NCBI GenBank assembly: GCA_034422875.1
Contig: DAOUJI010000031.1
Location: 31,604-95,603, forward strand
Reading direction: 5' to 3'
DNA from: Dehalococcoidia bacterium
Lineage (GTDB): Bacteria; Chloroflexota; Dehalococcoidia; Lucifugimonadales; JAGWBF01
DNA: 64,000 nucleotides
Shown: positions 30,942-40,335 of the stretch, piece by piece
Numbering within the stretch: position 1 is the stretch's first letter
Layout: every line of letters begins with the position of its first letter
Notes under the pieces: generated by a model
Told to the model about the DNA's origin: nothing
The model's input: the letters and a program-made list of their open reading frames with translations, nothing else
The model's database searches: none
Program-made: the position numbers and the translations under genes

Positions 30942-32351
30942 TTACGCCTTTGGGACGCCGACGGTTCCATCCGCTCCAGTGGGAATCTGTGAGACCATCT
31001 CGAAGTATCTTACCAAAGCCCTCATGCCCCCTGAAGCCTGGCCCCAGTCGAAATATTCGTTGGGGCCGTGATAACTGTGCTCTGGAAGGCTGAGACCTAT
31101 GAAGGTTATGGGGGCGTCCAAAAGTTCCTGCATGGTCACCACAGCTCCGATGGACCCTCCCTCTCGAATGAAGGCCGGACTCTTGCCGAAACCGTGCCTG
31201 ATAGCCTCCCGAGCGGCGTCGGAATAAGGCCCTTGGAACTGGCCCAGATAGGGCTTTAGGGAGCCGGCGTCCTCCACTTTCACGTCGGGGTTGAGTTCTC
31301 CCACACGGCGAGTCAGCAGCTCCATTACTTCAGCAGGGTCCTGGTTAGGCACCAGCCTCATGCTGACCTTGGCCTCGGCCCTTGGCGGCACTACGGTCTT
31401 GATGCCCGGCCCGGTATAGCCGCCCGCGATGCCGTGGACCTCGAACGTCGGTTCGCACCAGATTCTCTTCACCACGTCGGCAGTGTCCCGGGTCCGCATA
31501 GTGGTCAGCCCATGGGCGCCGGTGAACTTGTCCAGATCGAAACCGGACGCCAGGAAATTCTCAAGCTCATCGTCGGCGACGGGTTCCACTGCTCCATAGA
31601 ACCCCGGAATCGACACCGCGCCGGTCCCGGCGTCGTAAAGCTCCGCTATGAGCTTACATAACTCACCCAATGGGTTCCGTGCGGCTCCGCCTGTGAGACC
31701 CGAGTGAGCGTCCTTTTCTGCAGTCTCCAGAAGCAGCCGCGCTCCCTGCATTCCCCGCAGCCCGTATGGAATGGCCGGCACATCCCTCGACAACCAGACT
31801 GTATCGGACACCAGGACAGAGTCGGTGTTCAGGAGTTCACGGTTCGACTGGATGAAGTGAGCGAAGTTTGGGCTGCCCACTTCCTCCTCAAGCTCCCACA
31901 CAAACTGGATATTTAGAGGAAGTCCTTGCTGCCGGGCAAACCTGGCCGCAAACAATGCAGTCAGGGCGGGTCCCTTGTCGTCGGTGCACCCACGTCCCAG
32001 GTACCGGTCTTCTTCGATGGCAAACGTGAACGGGTCTCGGACCCATTCGGGCTCCTGGGCAGGCTGGACATCGATGTGGTTGTAGATGGTGAGGGTTGGA
32101 TGAGAAGCCGAAGAGTCCATCTTTCCCCAGACCACAGGGTGGCCCTGAGTTTCCACTATCTGGGCGTCAGCTCCAAAGGAATGGAGGACTTGGGCTGCTG
32201 CCTCGGCGCCCCGTCTTACCTCACCGGCCCGCTCCGGGTCGGAGGAGATAGTAGGTATCTGGACGAGGTCCGCCAGGACGGTCTCGAACTCCCCTTTTAC
32301 GTCTGATATATAGCTTTCCAAGTCTCGCGCGGGACTTGTGGAGCTGGTCAT
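30942..32351 (-). CDS. M20-family dipeptidase/metallopeptidase
   Basis: Metal-ligand contexts YNHIDVQPA, GRGCTDDKGP and EEEVGS. The length of 469 aa fits M20A/ArgE-like dipeptidases. Confidence 0.8.
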   Translation of the reverse strand: MTSSTSPARDLESYISDVKGEFETVLADLVQIPTISSDPERAGEVRRGAEAAAQVLHSFGADAQIVETQGHPVVWGKMDSSASHPTLTIYNHIDVQPAQEPEWVRDPFTFAIEEDRYLGRGCTDDKGPALTALFAARFARQQGLPLNIQFVWELEEEVGSPNFAHFIQSNRELLNTDSVLVSDTVWLSRDVPAIPYGLRGMQGARLLLETAEKDAHSGLTGGAARNPLGELCKLIAELYDAGTGAVSIPGFYGAVEPVADDELENFLASGFDLDKFTGAHGLTTMRTRDTADVVKRIWCEPTFEVHGIAGGYTGPGIKTVVPPRAEAKVSMRLVPNQDPAEVMELLTRRVGELNPDVKVEDAGSLKPYLGQFQGPYSDAAREAIRHGFGKSPAFIREGGSIGAVVTMQELLDAPITFIGLSLPEHSYHGPNEYFDWGQASGGMRALVRYFEMVSQIPTGADGTVGVPKA

Positions 32352-32494
32352 GTCATCCCTCCCCCAATAGATGGAAATCGTAGCCTATCAGAGGGCAGTC
32401 CAGGTGTCCAGAAACAATGTCAGACTGGTTTGACTCCAAAATCAGCCCGTTGGTACACTTCCGACACACGTCGCCGCAACTTACCGGGAGGGCC

Positions 32495-33418
32495 ATGAGA
32501 CCGGGGTTGTTGAAAGCCGTCAAAATAGGGTTGCCCATCGTCGTAGTTTTGCTGGTCGTCATCTACGGGCTGGTCTCCTACATGATTGTCTCGGGGATAG
32601 CAAACGTCGACCGCACCGAACAGGAAGACCATCCCAACAACTACGACTTGCCTTACGAGGACGTGGACTTCCTCTCCCGTGACGGAGAAGTGAACCTGAG
32701 CGGCTGGCACGTCTATGACCCTTCAACCGAAAAACAGCCGACGCTCATAATAGTCCACGGGGTCAACAGCAATAGGGCCGGGGGGAATAGAGTGGCGCTG
32801 GCGGGACTGCTGTTCGCCAGAGGGTACGACAGCCTTATGTTCGACTTGAGGGCTCACGGTCTTTCCGAAGGCGACAACTCCACCTATGGCCACGAAGAAC
32901 GGTGGGACGTGTTGGGCGCATTCGACTATTTGATGGACGTGGGGGTCGCGGAGAGACACATCGCAGTGCTGGGTGTGTCGATGGGCGCCGGGGCTTCGCT
33001 GATAGCGTTGGAGGAGGAACCGCGCATCAGGGCTCTGATAGTGGACGGCCCCTACGCCAACGCATCGGAGCTTGTGAACAATGAAGCCGCTCGAAGGACT
33101 CCTCTTCCCAAATGGATTATGCCGATCTTCAACCCCACGATAAACATAATGGGTGGCGGCATATATGGTGTTGACATCGGCGCTCTGAAACCCGAGGAGT
33201 CCGCGCGGAATATTCTGTACCCGATACTGGTTATACATGGAGACGGAGACGAGCGCGTTCCCGTCGAGCACGGAATCAGAGTGCACCATAACGCCCACCC
33301 GGACAGCCAGATTTGGGTGGTGCGTGGGGTCGACCACGCGGCGGCTTTCGAGAACCACCCAGCGGAGTATGTGGACCGGGTGATTGCGTATCTCGAGTCC
33401 CGCTTGGGCCCACAATAA
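32495..33418 (+). CDS. membrane-anchored alpha/beta hydrolase
   Basis: An ATG preceded by GGGAGG, an N-terminal TM helix, nucleophile elbow GVSMGAG and the IHGDGDERVP/GVDHA triad context. The ORF track starts at 32417. Confidence 0.75.
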   Translation: MRPGLLKAVKIGLPIVVVLLVVIYGLVSYMIVSGIANVDRTEQEDHPNNYDLPYEDVDFLSRDGEVNLSGWHVYDPSTEKQPTLIIVHGVNSNRAGGNRVALAGLLFARGYDSLMFDLRAHGLSEGDNSTYGHEERWDVLGAFDYLMDVGVAERHIAVLGVSMGAGASLIALEEEPRIRALIVDGPYANASELVNNEAARRTPLPKWIMPIFNPTINIMGGGIYGVDIGALKPEESARNILYPILVIHGDGDERVPVEHGIRVHHNAHPDSQIWVVRGVDHAAAFENHPAEYVDRVIAYLESRLGPQ

Positions 33419-33478
33419 AAGAGTACGCCTCAATAGAGACGCACCCTTTAGCAGCGCCTTAACGTATATAGAGCGGGA

Positions 33479-33751
33479 CTACCTGGTGTTCTTCAGTTCG
33501 GACATGTCCCGGTCTTTGAAGTAGTCGTAGTTCTTCCCGATGTATTCCGCCCACTCGGTGGGGACCGAGTCCTCGGCGAATATCGCCGTCACCGGGCACA
33601 CCGGCTCACAGGCTGCGCAGTCGATGCACTCGTCTGGGTGGATGTAGTACATGTCGTCTTCGTCGGTGGTGTATATGCAGTCCACCGGGCAGACATCCAC
33701 ACACGCTGCGTCCTTTACGCCTACACAAGGTTCTGAAATGATGTAAGTCAT
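33479..33751 (-). CDS. fdxA: 7Fe-type ferredoxin ([3Fe-4S][4Fe-4S])
   Basis: Cys patterns CVGVKDAACVDVCP and CIDCAACEPVCP. Confidence 0.85.
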   Translation of the reverse strand: MTYIISEPCVGVKDAACVDVCPVDCIYTTDEDDMYYIHPDECIDCAACEPVCPVTAIFAEDSVPTEWAEYIGKNYDYFKDRDMSELKNTR

Positions 33752-33933
33752 CTGTTAACGGACCTCCGCTGCAATCAGTGTCGCCGGGCGAGCAGGGAAT
33801 TCTCCCCCTAATCCAGAGGCAATATTATAACACGGGTTTGTCGCCCGTGCAGGCAATTGACAACCAGAAAAAGCCGACTCTGGAAGTTCGGAAAGACCAA
33901 TCGGCGATGAGCCTACCGGAAACACCTGTGCCT

Positions 33934-34350
33934 CTAGGCTGTGCGGGCGTTGTCCAGGTATTCCTGGAGGATGACTGCGGCCGAGGCGGCGTCCAAGTCC
34001 CCCTTGGACCTGGAAGGGCTCCGGCCTGCCTCGACCATCAGCCGCTGGGCCTCGGCAGTGGAGAAACGCTCGTCCTGGGTCTCAACCTGGAGTTCTGTGC
34101 TTGAAGACAACTCCTGGATGAACCTGGACACCTTCCGGGCCTGAGGGCCAAGGGTCCCGTTCAAGGAGACAGGCATGCCGACCAGTATTGTCTGAGCGTC
34201 AACCGACTTAGCTTCATCGGCGACTCTCGCGACGTCGACCCGCAGGTTCTTTCGCATAATATGACCGATGGGCCGGGCGAGTGAGCCTGTCGGATCGCTG
34301 AGTGCCATACCTATACGGCGGTCGCCGACGTCCAGGCACAAGACCCTCAC
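33934..34350 (-). CDS. ruvX: Holliday-junction resolvase-like nuclease RuvX/YqgF
   Basis: The LCLDVGDRRIGMALSD motif. Its start overlaps the alaS stop by 4 nt. Confidence 0.9.
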   Translation of the reverse strand: MRVLCLDVGDRRIGMALSDPTGSLARPIGHIMRKNLRVDVARVADEAKSVDAQTILVGMPVSLNGTLGPQARKVSRFIQELSSSTELQVETQDERFSTAEAQRLMVEAGRSPSRSKGDLDAASAAVILQEYLDNARTA

Positions 34351-36983
34351 TTCCCCAGCCCTTTCCGCACCAGCTCCGGCGTCGCCCGCAGAGCATCGTC
34401 CAGCTTGTCGGGGTCTCTGCCGCCGGCCTGGGCCATGTCTGGCCTGCCGCCGCCACCGCCGCCCATTATTTGAGCCGCCTCTTTGACGATGTTCCCGGCG
34501 TGGAGTCCCGCGTCCACAAGGTCTCTGGTTACCATAGCCATGAGCGCCGGCCGCCCGTCGGACACCGACCCCAGGACGATTACGCCGCTGGACAGCTTGT
34601 CCCTGAGCCAGTCGCCCATCTCCCGTATCGCGTCGGAGCTGGCGGCGGAAGTGCGCACGGCAAGCACCTTGACGCCGTCCACGTCCTGCACCTTCGGAAG
34701 CGCTTCTTCCGCTTCGGCTTTGAGGTTCATGCGCTCCAGGGACTCCAACCTCTTGCGGAGGTTGTCCCAGTCCTGGAGAAAACTGTCCAGCCGGCTCTCC
34801 AGGTCCACGGAAGCCGTCTGGAGCTTCTGAGCCAAAGAGTCGATCAGGGTAGACCGTTCGACGAACAACTCATGCGCGACACGGCCAGTAACCGCCTCTA
34901 TCCTTCTCATCCCCCCGCCAATTCCGGAGTCTCCTATGACGAACAGCGGGCCCACCTCACCAGTGTGGTGAACATGGGTGCCGCCGCACACCTCGACGCT
35001 GAAGGTGTCTCCCCCACTGGACATTTCCACGACCCGCACCACATCCCCATAGCGGTCTCCAAAGAAGGCCAACGCGCCGTCTTCCACGGCCTGGGTGAGG
35101 CTGGACTCCCGTACGCTCACCTGCAGGTTGTCCATGATTTTGTCGTTGACCAATGACTGAATGTCCATCTGCTCTTCCCTGGACAGCGGACCGACGTGGC
35201 TGTAATCGAAACGCAGCCGGTCGGGAGCAACGTAAGAGCCGGCCTGACGCACGTGGGGACCAAGAGTCTGGCGCAGGGCCGCGTGCAGGAGGTGGGTCCC
35301 GCTGTGGTTGCGAGCGGCGTCGGCCCTGGACCTTGCCTCTACAACCGCTTCCACACGGTCGCCCAGGGAAAGGCCTCCCCGCTCGACGACGCCCTCGTGG
35401 ACAATAAGTCCAGCCACGGGCGCATGGGTGTGTTCGACTCGAACCGACCCATTGGGGGCGGTAATTACGCCAGAGTCACCGACCTGGCCTCCGCCCTCAG
35501 GGTAGAAGGGCGTGTCCTGGAGCACGACCTCCACTTTCTTTCCTTCGGAGGCGTGGCCAACCGGTGCGTCGTCTTCCAACAGAGCCACTACCACCGAGGC
35601 CCGGGAGAGGCCCTCGTACCCGACGAATTGCACGGCATCGACGCCCAGGTCTTCGTATGTGGTCAGTTTCTCCATGCCGCCCACGAATACATGAGCCGAA
35701 CGCGCCCGTTCCCGCTGGGCTTCCATCTCCCTCTCGAACCCCTCCATGTCCACGGTAAGGCCTCTTTCGGAGGCGATCTCCGAGGTCAATTCGGGAGGGA
35801 ACCCGTAGGTGTCAGACAGGGTAAACGCATCGGACCCGGAAAGCACGCCGACGCCTTTGTGCGCCTCCAGCAGTCCTTCCAGGATGCCCATGCCCCGTTC
35901 GTAGGTCTGGGCAAAGCGTTCCTCCTCCTGGCTGACTACCCTCTGGATGAAGGAGCGGTTGGCCGACAGTTCAGGGTAGGCGCTCTGGAAGCGGTCCACG
36001 GCAGAGTCGGCAATGTGCGCAAAGAAGGCTTGGTCGAGACCCAGACGCTTGCCGTATCTGATCGCCCGGCGTATGACCCGCCTCAGCACATAACCCCGGC
36101 CTGCATTGCCGGGGACGACTCCGTCGTTGATGAGGAAGGCCACCGCACGCCCATGTTCGGCCACCACACGCAATGCGTAATCAGTTTCGGAGTCCTGGGC
36201 GTAGGGCTTTCCGCTCAACTCGACGGCTCGGTCCAGAATGGGCCGCAGGAGGTCTGTCTCGTATACGCTGGTCTTTTGCTGGAGAACGGCCGCCGCCCGC
36301 TCCAGGCCCATGCCTGTGTCGATGCTGGGAGCTGGCAGCGGAGTGCGGGAGCCGTCCACGCTCTGGTAGTACTGCATGAACACCAGGTTCCAAAGCTCCA
36401 CGAACCGCTCACATTCGTGGTTGGGATGGCAGCCGGGTTGGCCGCAGCCACGCTCGATGCCTCCGTCGTAATGTATCTCGCTGCAGGGTCCGCAAGGCCC
36501 TTCGATGCCGGCAGGGCCCCACCAGTTGTCCTCGTCACCGTACCTGAATATCCGCTCCACGGGAACGCCGACGCCTTCATTCCATAGTTTGAAAGCCTCT
36601 TCATCATCAAGGTATATGGTCACAAAGAGCCGCTCGGGTTCCAGCTTGAAATGCTGAGTGACAAATTCCCAGGACCAGTCCACCGCCTCCGGTTTGAAGT
36701 AGTCTCCGACGGAGAAGTTGCCCAACATCTCGAAGAAGGTCAGGTGCTTGTGGTCGCCAACTTCTTCCACGTCGGATGTGCGGAAGCTCTTCTGAACCGA
36801 GGTGAGACGCTTGGCCGGCGGAGTGGTCTCGCCCATGAAGTAGGGCTTGAAGGGGACCATTCCAGCGCTGGTGAACAGCAGTGTGGGGTCTCCCGAGGGA
36901 ATCAAAGAAGCGCTTGGGACAATAGTGTGCGCTTTGTCCTGGAAGAACTCCAAGAAGACCCGGCGAATATGGTCTCCGTCCAT
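34347..36983 (-). CDS. alaS: alanine--tRNA ligase
   Basis: FLEFFQDKAHTIVPSASLIP and FTSAGMVPFKPYF class-II motifs, the editing-domain HxxxH (HSGTHLLH), and a length of 878 aa. Confidence 0.95.
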   Translation of the reverse strand: MDGDHIRRVFLEFFQDKAHTIVPSASLIPSGDPTLLFTSAGMVPFKPYFMGETTPPAKRLTSVQKSFRTSDVEEVGDHKHLTFFEMLGNFSVGDYFKPEAVDWSWEFVTQHFKLEPERLFVTIYLDDEEAFKLWNEGVGVPVERIFRYGDEDNWWGPAGIEGPCGPCSEIHYDGGIERGCGQPGCHPNHECERFVELWNLVFMQYYQSVDGSRTPLPAPSIDTGMGLERAAAVLQQKTSVYETDLLRPILDRAVELSGKPYAQDSETDYALRVVAEHGRAVAFLINDGVVPGNAGRGYVLRRVIRRAIRYGKRLGLDQAFFAHIADSAVDRFQSAYPELSANRSFIQRVVSQEEERFAQTYERGMGILEGLLEAHKGVGVLSGSDAFTLSDTYGFPPELTSEIASERGLTVDMEGFEREMEAQRERARSAHVFVGGMEKLTTYEDLGVDAVQFVGYEGLSRASVVVALLEDDAPVGHASEGKKVEVVLQDTPFYPEGGGQVGDSGVITAPNGSVRVEHTHAPVAGLIVHEGVVERGGLSLGDRVEAVVEARSRADAARNHSGTHLLHAALRQTLGPHVRQAGSYVAPDRLRFDYSHVGPLSREEQMDIQSLVNDKIMDNLQVSVRESSLTQAVEDGALAFFGDRYGDVVRVVEMSSGGDTFSVEVCGGTHVHHTGEVGPLFVIGDSGIGGGMRRIEAVTGRVAHELFVERSTLIDSLAQKLQTASVDLESRLDSFLQDWDNLRKRLESLERMNLKAEAEEALPKVQDVDGVKVLAVRTSAASSDAIREMGDWLRDKLSSGVIVLGSVSDGRPALMAMVTRDLVDAGLHAGNIVKEAAQIMGGGGGGRPDMAQAGGRDPDKLDDALRATPELVRKGLGK

Positions 36984-37096
36984 TGTCTCCTCTATCAGGT
37001 TCGCAGGCAGGCGGTAGGGCTCTCGAATCAGTGTAACTATATCGAAAGGGCGCCGCCTAGTCCATTAACCCTATGTCGCATAAGCAGGTAAACCGA

Positions 37097-37125
37097 TTGA
37101 CCGCCCTGTCGGGTTTCTCTACAAT
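37097..37125 (+). promoter_or_regulatory. near-consensus sigma70-type promoter
   Basis: TTGACC (37097-37102), a 17-nt spacer, then TACAAT (37120-37125), 34 nt upstream of the SWIM ORF and upstream of tRNA-Gly. Confidence 0.5.
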
Positions 37126-37158
37126 CAAAAGACGGGCCACTTTATCCAAGGAGCCGGA

Positions 37159-37410
37159 ATGCACTCTAGTCTAGTCAGCAAGATCGAAAAGGCACGGATT
37201 TACGCTGAGGAACGGGACAGAATCAGCATCAAGTGTTTCAGCGCTTCATTTCGAGGCAATCACAACAGCTATGAAGTGAGCTACGAGGACGGCCAGTGGA
37301 GCTGTTCATGCTACTTCTTCGCAAACCATCAGACCTGCAGCCACACCATGGCCTTGGAGCGAATATTACAGGGCATGGTGCCTCAAACGGCGGTGTCGGA
37401 GCAGGTGTAG
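37159..37410 (+). CDS. SWIM zinc-finger mini-protein (83 aa)
   Basis: CxCx(n)CxH pattern: WSCSCYFFANHQTCSHTMAL. Confidence 0.6.
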   Translation: MHSSLVSKIEKARIYAEERDRISIKCFSASFRGNHNSYEVSYEDGQWSCSCYFFANHQTCSHTMALERILQGMVPQTAVSEQV

Positions 37411-37421
37411 TCAGACTGCGT

Positions 37422-37496
37422 GCGGGCGTAACTCAGTGGTAGAGTGTCTGCTTCCCAAGCAGAAAGTCGAGGGTTCGAATCCCTTCGCCCGCTCCA
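37422..37496 (+). tRNA. tRNA-Gly (anticodon CCC), CCA encoded
   Basis: Cloverleaf by eye: acceptor GCGGGCG/CGCCCGC, anticodon stem TCTGC/GCAGA with loop TTCCCAA, T-arm GAGGG-TTCGAAT-CCCTT, and a terminal TCCA. Confidence 0.9.
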
Positions 37497-37546
37497 CACA
37501 TTTCAACTGACGGCCGCCCTATTAGCCCGCACCAGGCGCCCCTGGG

Positions 37547-38341
37547 CTAACCCATCAGCTTGGGGTCAATCTGCATCAAGGACACGTGGGCTCCCTGCGG
37601 GTCCCTGATTAAGCAAATACGGCCCACGTCCTCTATGTCCATCGGGGGCATCACTTCGCTGGCGCCCATATCGTTAGCGCTCTTCAGAGAGTCGTCCAGG
37701 CCAGCTACGGCGATGTAGATGGACCAGTGGGGAGGAAGCTCACCCCATTCCTTCTTGATTTCCAACATGCCGCAGGCAGACTGGTCGCCCAGCCTGTATT
37801 CGAAGTACTCTCCCCCAGGGCTTGGACCGCTTCGGACCGACCACCCGAACAGGCCGCCATAGAATCGGGAAGCGACGTCCGTGTCGTTCGTGTACAACTC
37901 GTTCCAAGCCAGAGCTCCGGGCTCCCCGAACAGCTCGGCTCCGATGTTCTCCTTGGGCTGCCATACACTGAAGACGGCGCCCGTCGGGTCTTGCAGCACG
38001 GACATCCGACCGGAGTCGAAGACATCGAAGGGACCCATGATCAGATTGCCGCCCAGGTCCTTGGCTCTGGCCGTGGAAGCGTCGGCGTCGTCCACGGTGA
38101 AGTAGCTCTGCCAGAAGGGCTGGCCGCCGGACTGTGCCATCATTGAGTCGTCCATCTGGAACATGGCACAGACGTTTTTGCCGCCCTTGTTCAACATGAC
38201 GTAGAAGCCCTGTTCTCCCATAGGCATTTCCACGAAGTCCAATCCCAGCAATTGGGTGTAGAACTTCTTGGAACCCTCTACGTCCGGCGTGGCCAGGTCT
38301 GCCCAGCTGAACATTCCAGGTTGGTGTTTGGTTATTTCCAT
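37547..38341 (-). CDS. two-domain VOC (glyoxalase/bleomycin-resistance/dioxygenase) family protein
   Basis: Two repeats of the βαβββ module signature (FSWADLATPD…FYTQLLG and WNELYTNDTDVASRFYGGLFGW). Confidence 0.75.
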   Translation of the reverse strand: MEITKHQPGMFSWADLATPDVEGSKKFYTQLLGLDFVEMPMGEQGFYVMLNKGGKNVCAMFQMDDSMMAQSGGQPFWQSYFTVDDADASTARAKDLGGNLIMGPFDVFDSGRMSVLQDPTGAVFSVWQPKENIGAELFGEPGALAWNELYTNDTDVASRFYGGLFGWSVRSGPSPGGEYFEYRLGDQSACGMLEIKKEWGELPPHWSIYIAVAGLDDSLKSANDMGASEVMPPMDIEDVGRICLIRDPQGAHVSLMQIDPKLMG

Positions 38342-38404
38342 TGGTCCTCTCTCAAGTGGAGTCCGGCCGTAGTCGGACTTGTCGGGACTGGCAGCGTATA
38401 GACC

Positions 38405-38749
38405 CTAAAGGGCTTGTTCGCCTTCCTCACCCGTGCGTACTCGGATGGCGTTGTCCACGCCGGTAATGAAAATCTTGCCGTCGCCGATTTCTCCCGTGCG
38501 GGAGTGTTCGATGATGGTGTCTACCGCCTTACGAGTGTCCTCGTTCTTGACCACCAGTTCCAGCTTCACCTTGGGCAGCATGTCCACCACGTAACGCCCC
38601 GTTCCCCTGGGCCCGCCGGTCATGACACCCCTCTGAACGCCTCGTCCTGTGACGTGGACCACGTTCAGCCCTACGAGGCCCACCTCGGCAAGGGCGTTCG
38701 TCACTGCGTTGAGCCTGTCGGGTCTGATGATAGCCTCAATTTTGTTCAT
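38405..38749 (-). CDS. P-II family signal-transduction protein with non-canonical T-loop
   Basis: MNKIEAIIRP…GDGKIFITGVDNAIRVRTGE is the classical P-II fold. The T-loop reads GRGVQRGVMTGGPRGTGRYVVD and lacks the GlnB-type ELYRGAEY segment. Confidence 0.8.
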   Translation of the reverse strand: MNKIEAIIRPDRLNAVTNALAEVGLVGLNVVHVTGRGVQRGVMTGGPRGTGRYVVDMLPKVKLELVVKNEDTRKAVDTIIEHSRTGEIGDGKIFITGVDNAIRVRTGEEGEQAL

Positions 38750-38913
38750 GCCCTTCCCCCATTCGTAGATACTGCGTTATGGCCGCACCCAATTAATCTT
38801 ATTACCTCGTGAGCCTACCTTTAGAATACGCTGTCAGCCTGGAATCCTCAAGTACCCTCGTAAAGACCTGATGGCGCCGTGAATCGAATTGGGAGTTATA
38901 ATAGCGTCCGCTT

Positions 38914-39900
38914 ATGAATGACCTCGTCACAGCCCTGCTCATCTTCTTTGCCAGCGCCGTCGCAGTGGTCGTGAGCGGGTCAGTACTGGCCAAGTACGGC
39001 GACGAGTTGGCCGAACGGAAGGGCTGGGGCCAACTCTGGGTGGGAACGATTCTTCTAGCGGCTGCTACGTCGCTGCCGGAACTTATCGCCAATATCACGG
39101 CTGCCTGGCGAGACGAACCCGGGCTGGCAGTGGGCAACATATTCGGCGCGAACATGGTCAACATGTTCTTCATGGCCGCCATCGCTTTGGCATTCGGAAT
39201 CGGACGGTTCTTCGGCTCACTCGCTCCACAACACAGGCTGCTGGCTGGCGTCGCCCTCTCAGTCACCGCGTTGACGGTGGTCCTGGGTGCGTCAGGCCTC
39301 GGCGTTTCGGTGTTCAAGGTCGGACTGGGCTCGGCGATCATTCTCGCAGCATATCTGGCGGGCGTTCGTATCCTATACGTCAACAGACCTGTGGCGTCTG
39401 GCGACGCCGCCGTCAAGGAATATAAAAGGCCCTTAGCATGGACCTGGGCGTTCCTTGGCGCGGCGGCCCTGTGCATATTGGTCGCCGCTCCTGCAATGAC
39501 CTACAGCGTCGAGCAGATTGCGGACGCCACCGGTCTCGCCACCAGCTTCCTGGGAGTTCTTGCAGTCGCCATCGTTACTGCACTCCCGGAAACGGCCACG
39601 TCTGTCGCTGCAACTCGCCTGGGGTCCCCCGACCTTGCGGTGGGCAACGTCTTTGGCAGCTGCGCATTCAACGTGGCGGCTCTGGCCGTGGCCGACCCCT
39701 TCTACAGGCAGGGAGTGCTTGTGTCAAGCATGGGCCCGGAGCATATCGCCGCGGGTGTGGCTGCCGTGGCCCTGATGGCGGCGGGCGGGGTCTTGATTTA
39801 CACTCGTGGCGCACACCGCATCCTGAGCGCCAAACCCATAGCCGGTCTGATGTTGATTGGCTACGCCGGGGCCATATTCCTGGTCTACCGCCTGAGCTAG
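38914..39900 (+). CDS. Ca2+/Na+ antiporter (CaCA family, YrbG-like)
   Basis: Two alpha-repeat motifs (GTILLAAATSLPELIANI and VAIVTALPETATSV) in a protein of about 10 TM segments. Confidence 0.8.
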   Translation: MNDLVTALLIFFASAVAVVVSGSVLAKYGDELAERKGWGQLWVGTILLAAATSLPELIANITAAWRDEPGLAVGNIFGANMVNMFFMAAIALAFGIGRFFGSLAPQHRLLAGVALSVTALTVVLGASGLGVSVFKVGLGSAIILAAYLAGVRILYVNRPVASGDAAVKEYKRPLAWTWAFLGAAALCILVAAPAMTYSVEQIADATGLATSFLGVLAVAIVTALPETATSVAATRLGSPDLAVGNVFGSCAFNVAALAVADPFYRQGVLVSSMGPEHIAAGVAAVALMAAGGVLIYTRGAHRILSAKPIAGLMLIGYAGAIFLVYRLS

Positions 39901-40328
39901 ACCGTCGGGGGGCCAAGTCCTCCATAGGAGGCTGGTTGGGCTTCGTCCTCACCCGGCCAGGGCGGACAGGTGAAACAGAGAAATCTCAAGCCGTCAGGAC
40001 CTGCGGCGAACTGGAAACTCCATCGCTTCGGAATCGTCAAAGCGTCTCCGGGTCCAACTTCCACCGGTTGCACCTGATCAGGCTTTTCGTCCGGAGGGCA
40101 TCGCCATACCCGGCCGTAACCCTCCAATACGTACCAGAGCTCTTCCACGGTGCGGTGCCACACGGGACGGGACACCTGCCCAGCCTCCAATGTGACTTCA
40201 ACTAAGGACGCCTTGGAGGCCGCTTCCGTGGCGCCCAGCAGCAGACGTATTTCGGAGCCGTCAGGGGCAAACGTGTCCGGGGACTCAGACCGGTGGCCTA
40301 AAGGAGGTGGGATGTTTTCGGCAGACAC
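39897..40328 (-). CDS. cupin-domain protein
   Basis: Cupin motif VWHRTVEELWYVLEGYGRVW…GDALTIP. Confidence 0.65.
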   Translation of the reverse strand: MSAENIPPPLGHRSESPDTFAPDGSEIRLLLGATEAASKASLVEVTLEAGQVSRPVWHRTVEELWYVLEGYGRVWRCPPDEKPDQVQPVEVGPGDALTIPKRWSFQFAAGPDGLRFLCFTCPPWPGEDEAQPASYGGLGPPTV

Positions 40329-40335
40329 ATTCCAC

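Noticed and set aside
33824-33849. Extended -10 (TGTTATAAT on the minus strand) plus an adjacent CACGGG-N7-CCCGTG hairpin between ruvX and the ferredoxin gene.
   Set aside because: It is plausible as a terminator/promoter junction, but there is no -35 element and only a 6-bp stem. I do not think that is strong enough to list as a feature.
35196-36587. 463-aa plus-strand ORF.
   Set aside because: It is entirely antisense to alaS, making it a shadow ORF of a highly conserved gene.
38802-39476. 224-aa minus-strand ORF.
   Set aside because: It is antisense to the well-supported CaCA antiporter gene. It is Ala/Arg/Pro-rich shadow sequence, as is typical of high-GC DNA.
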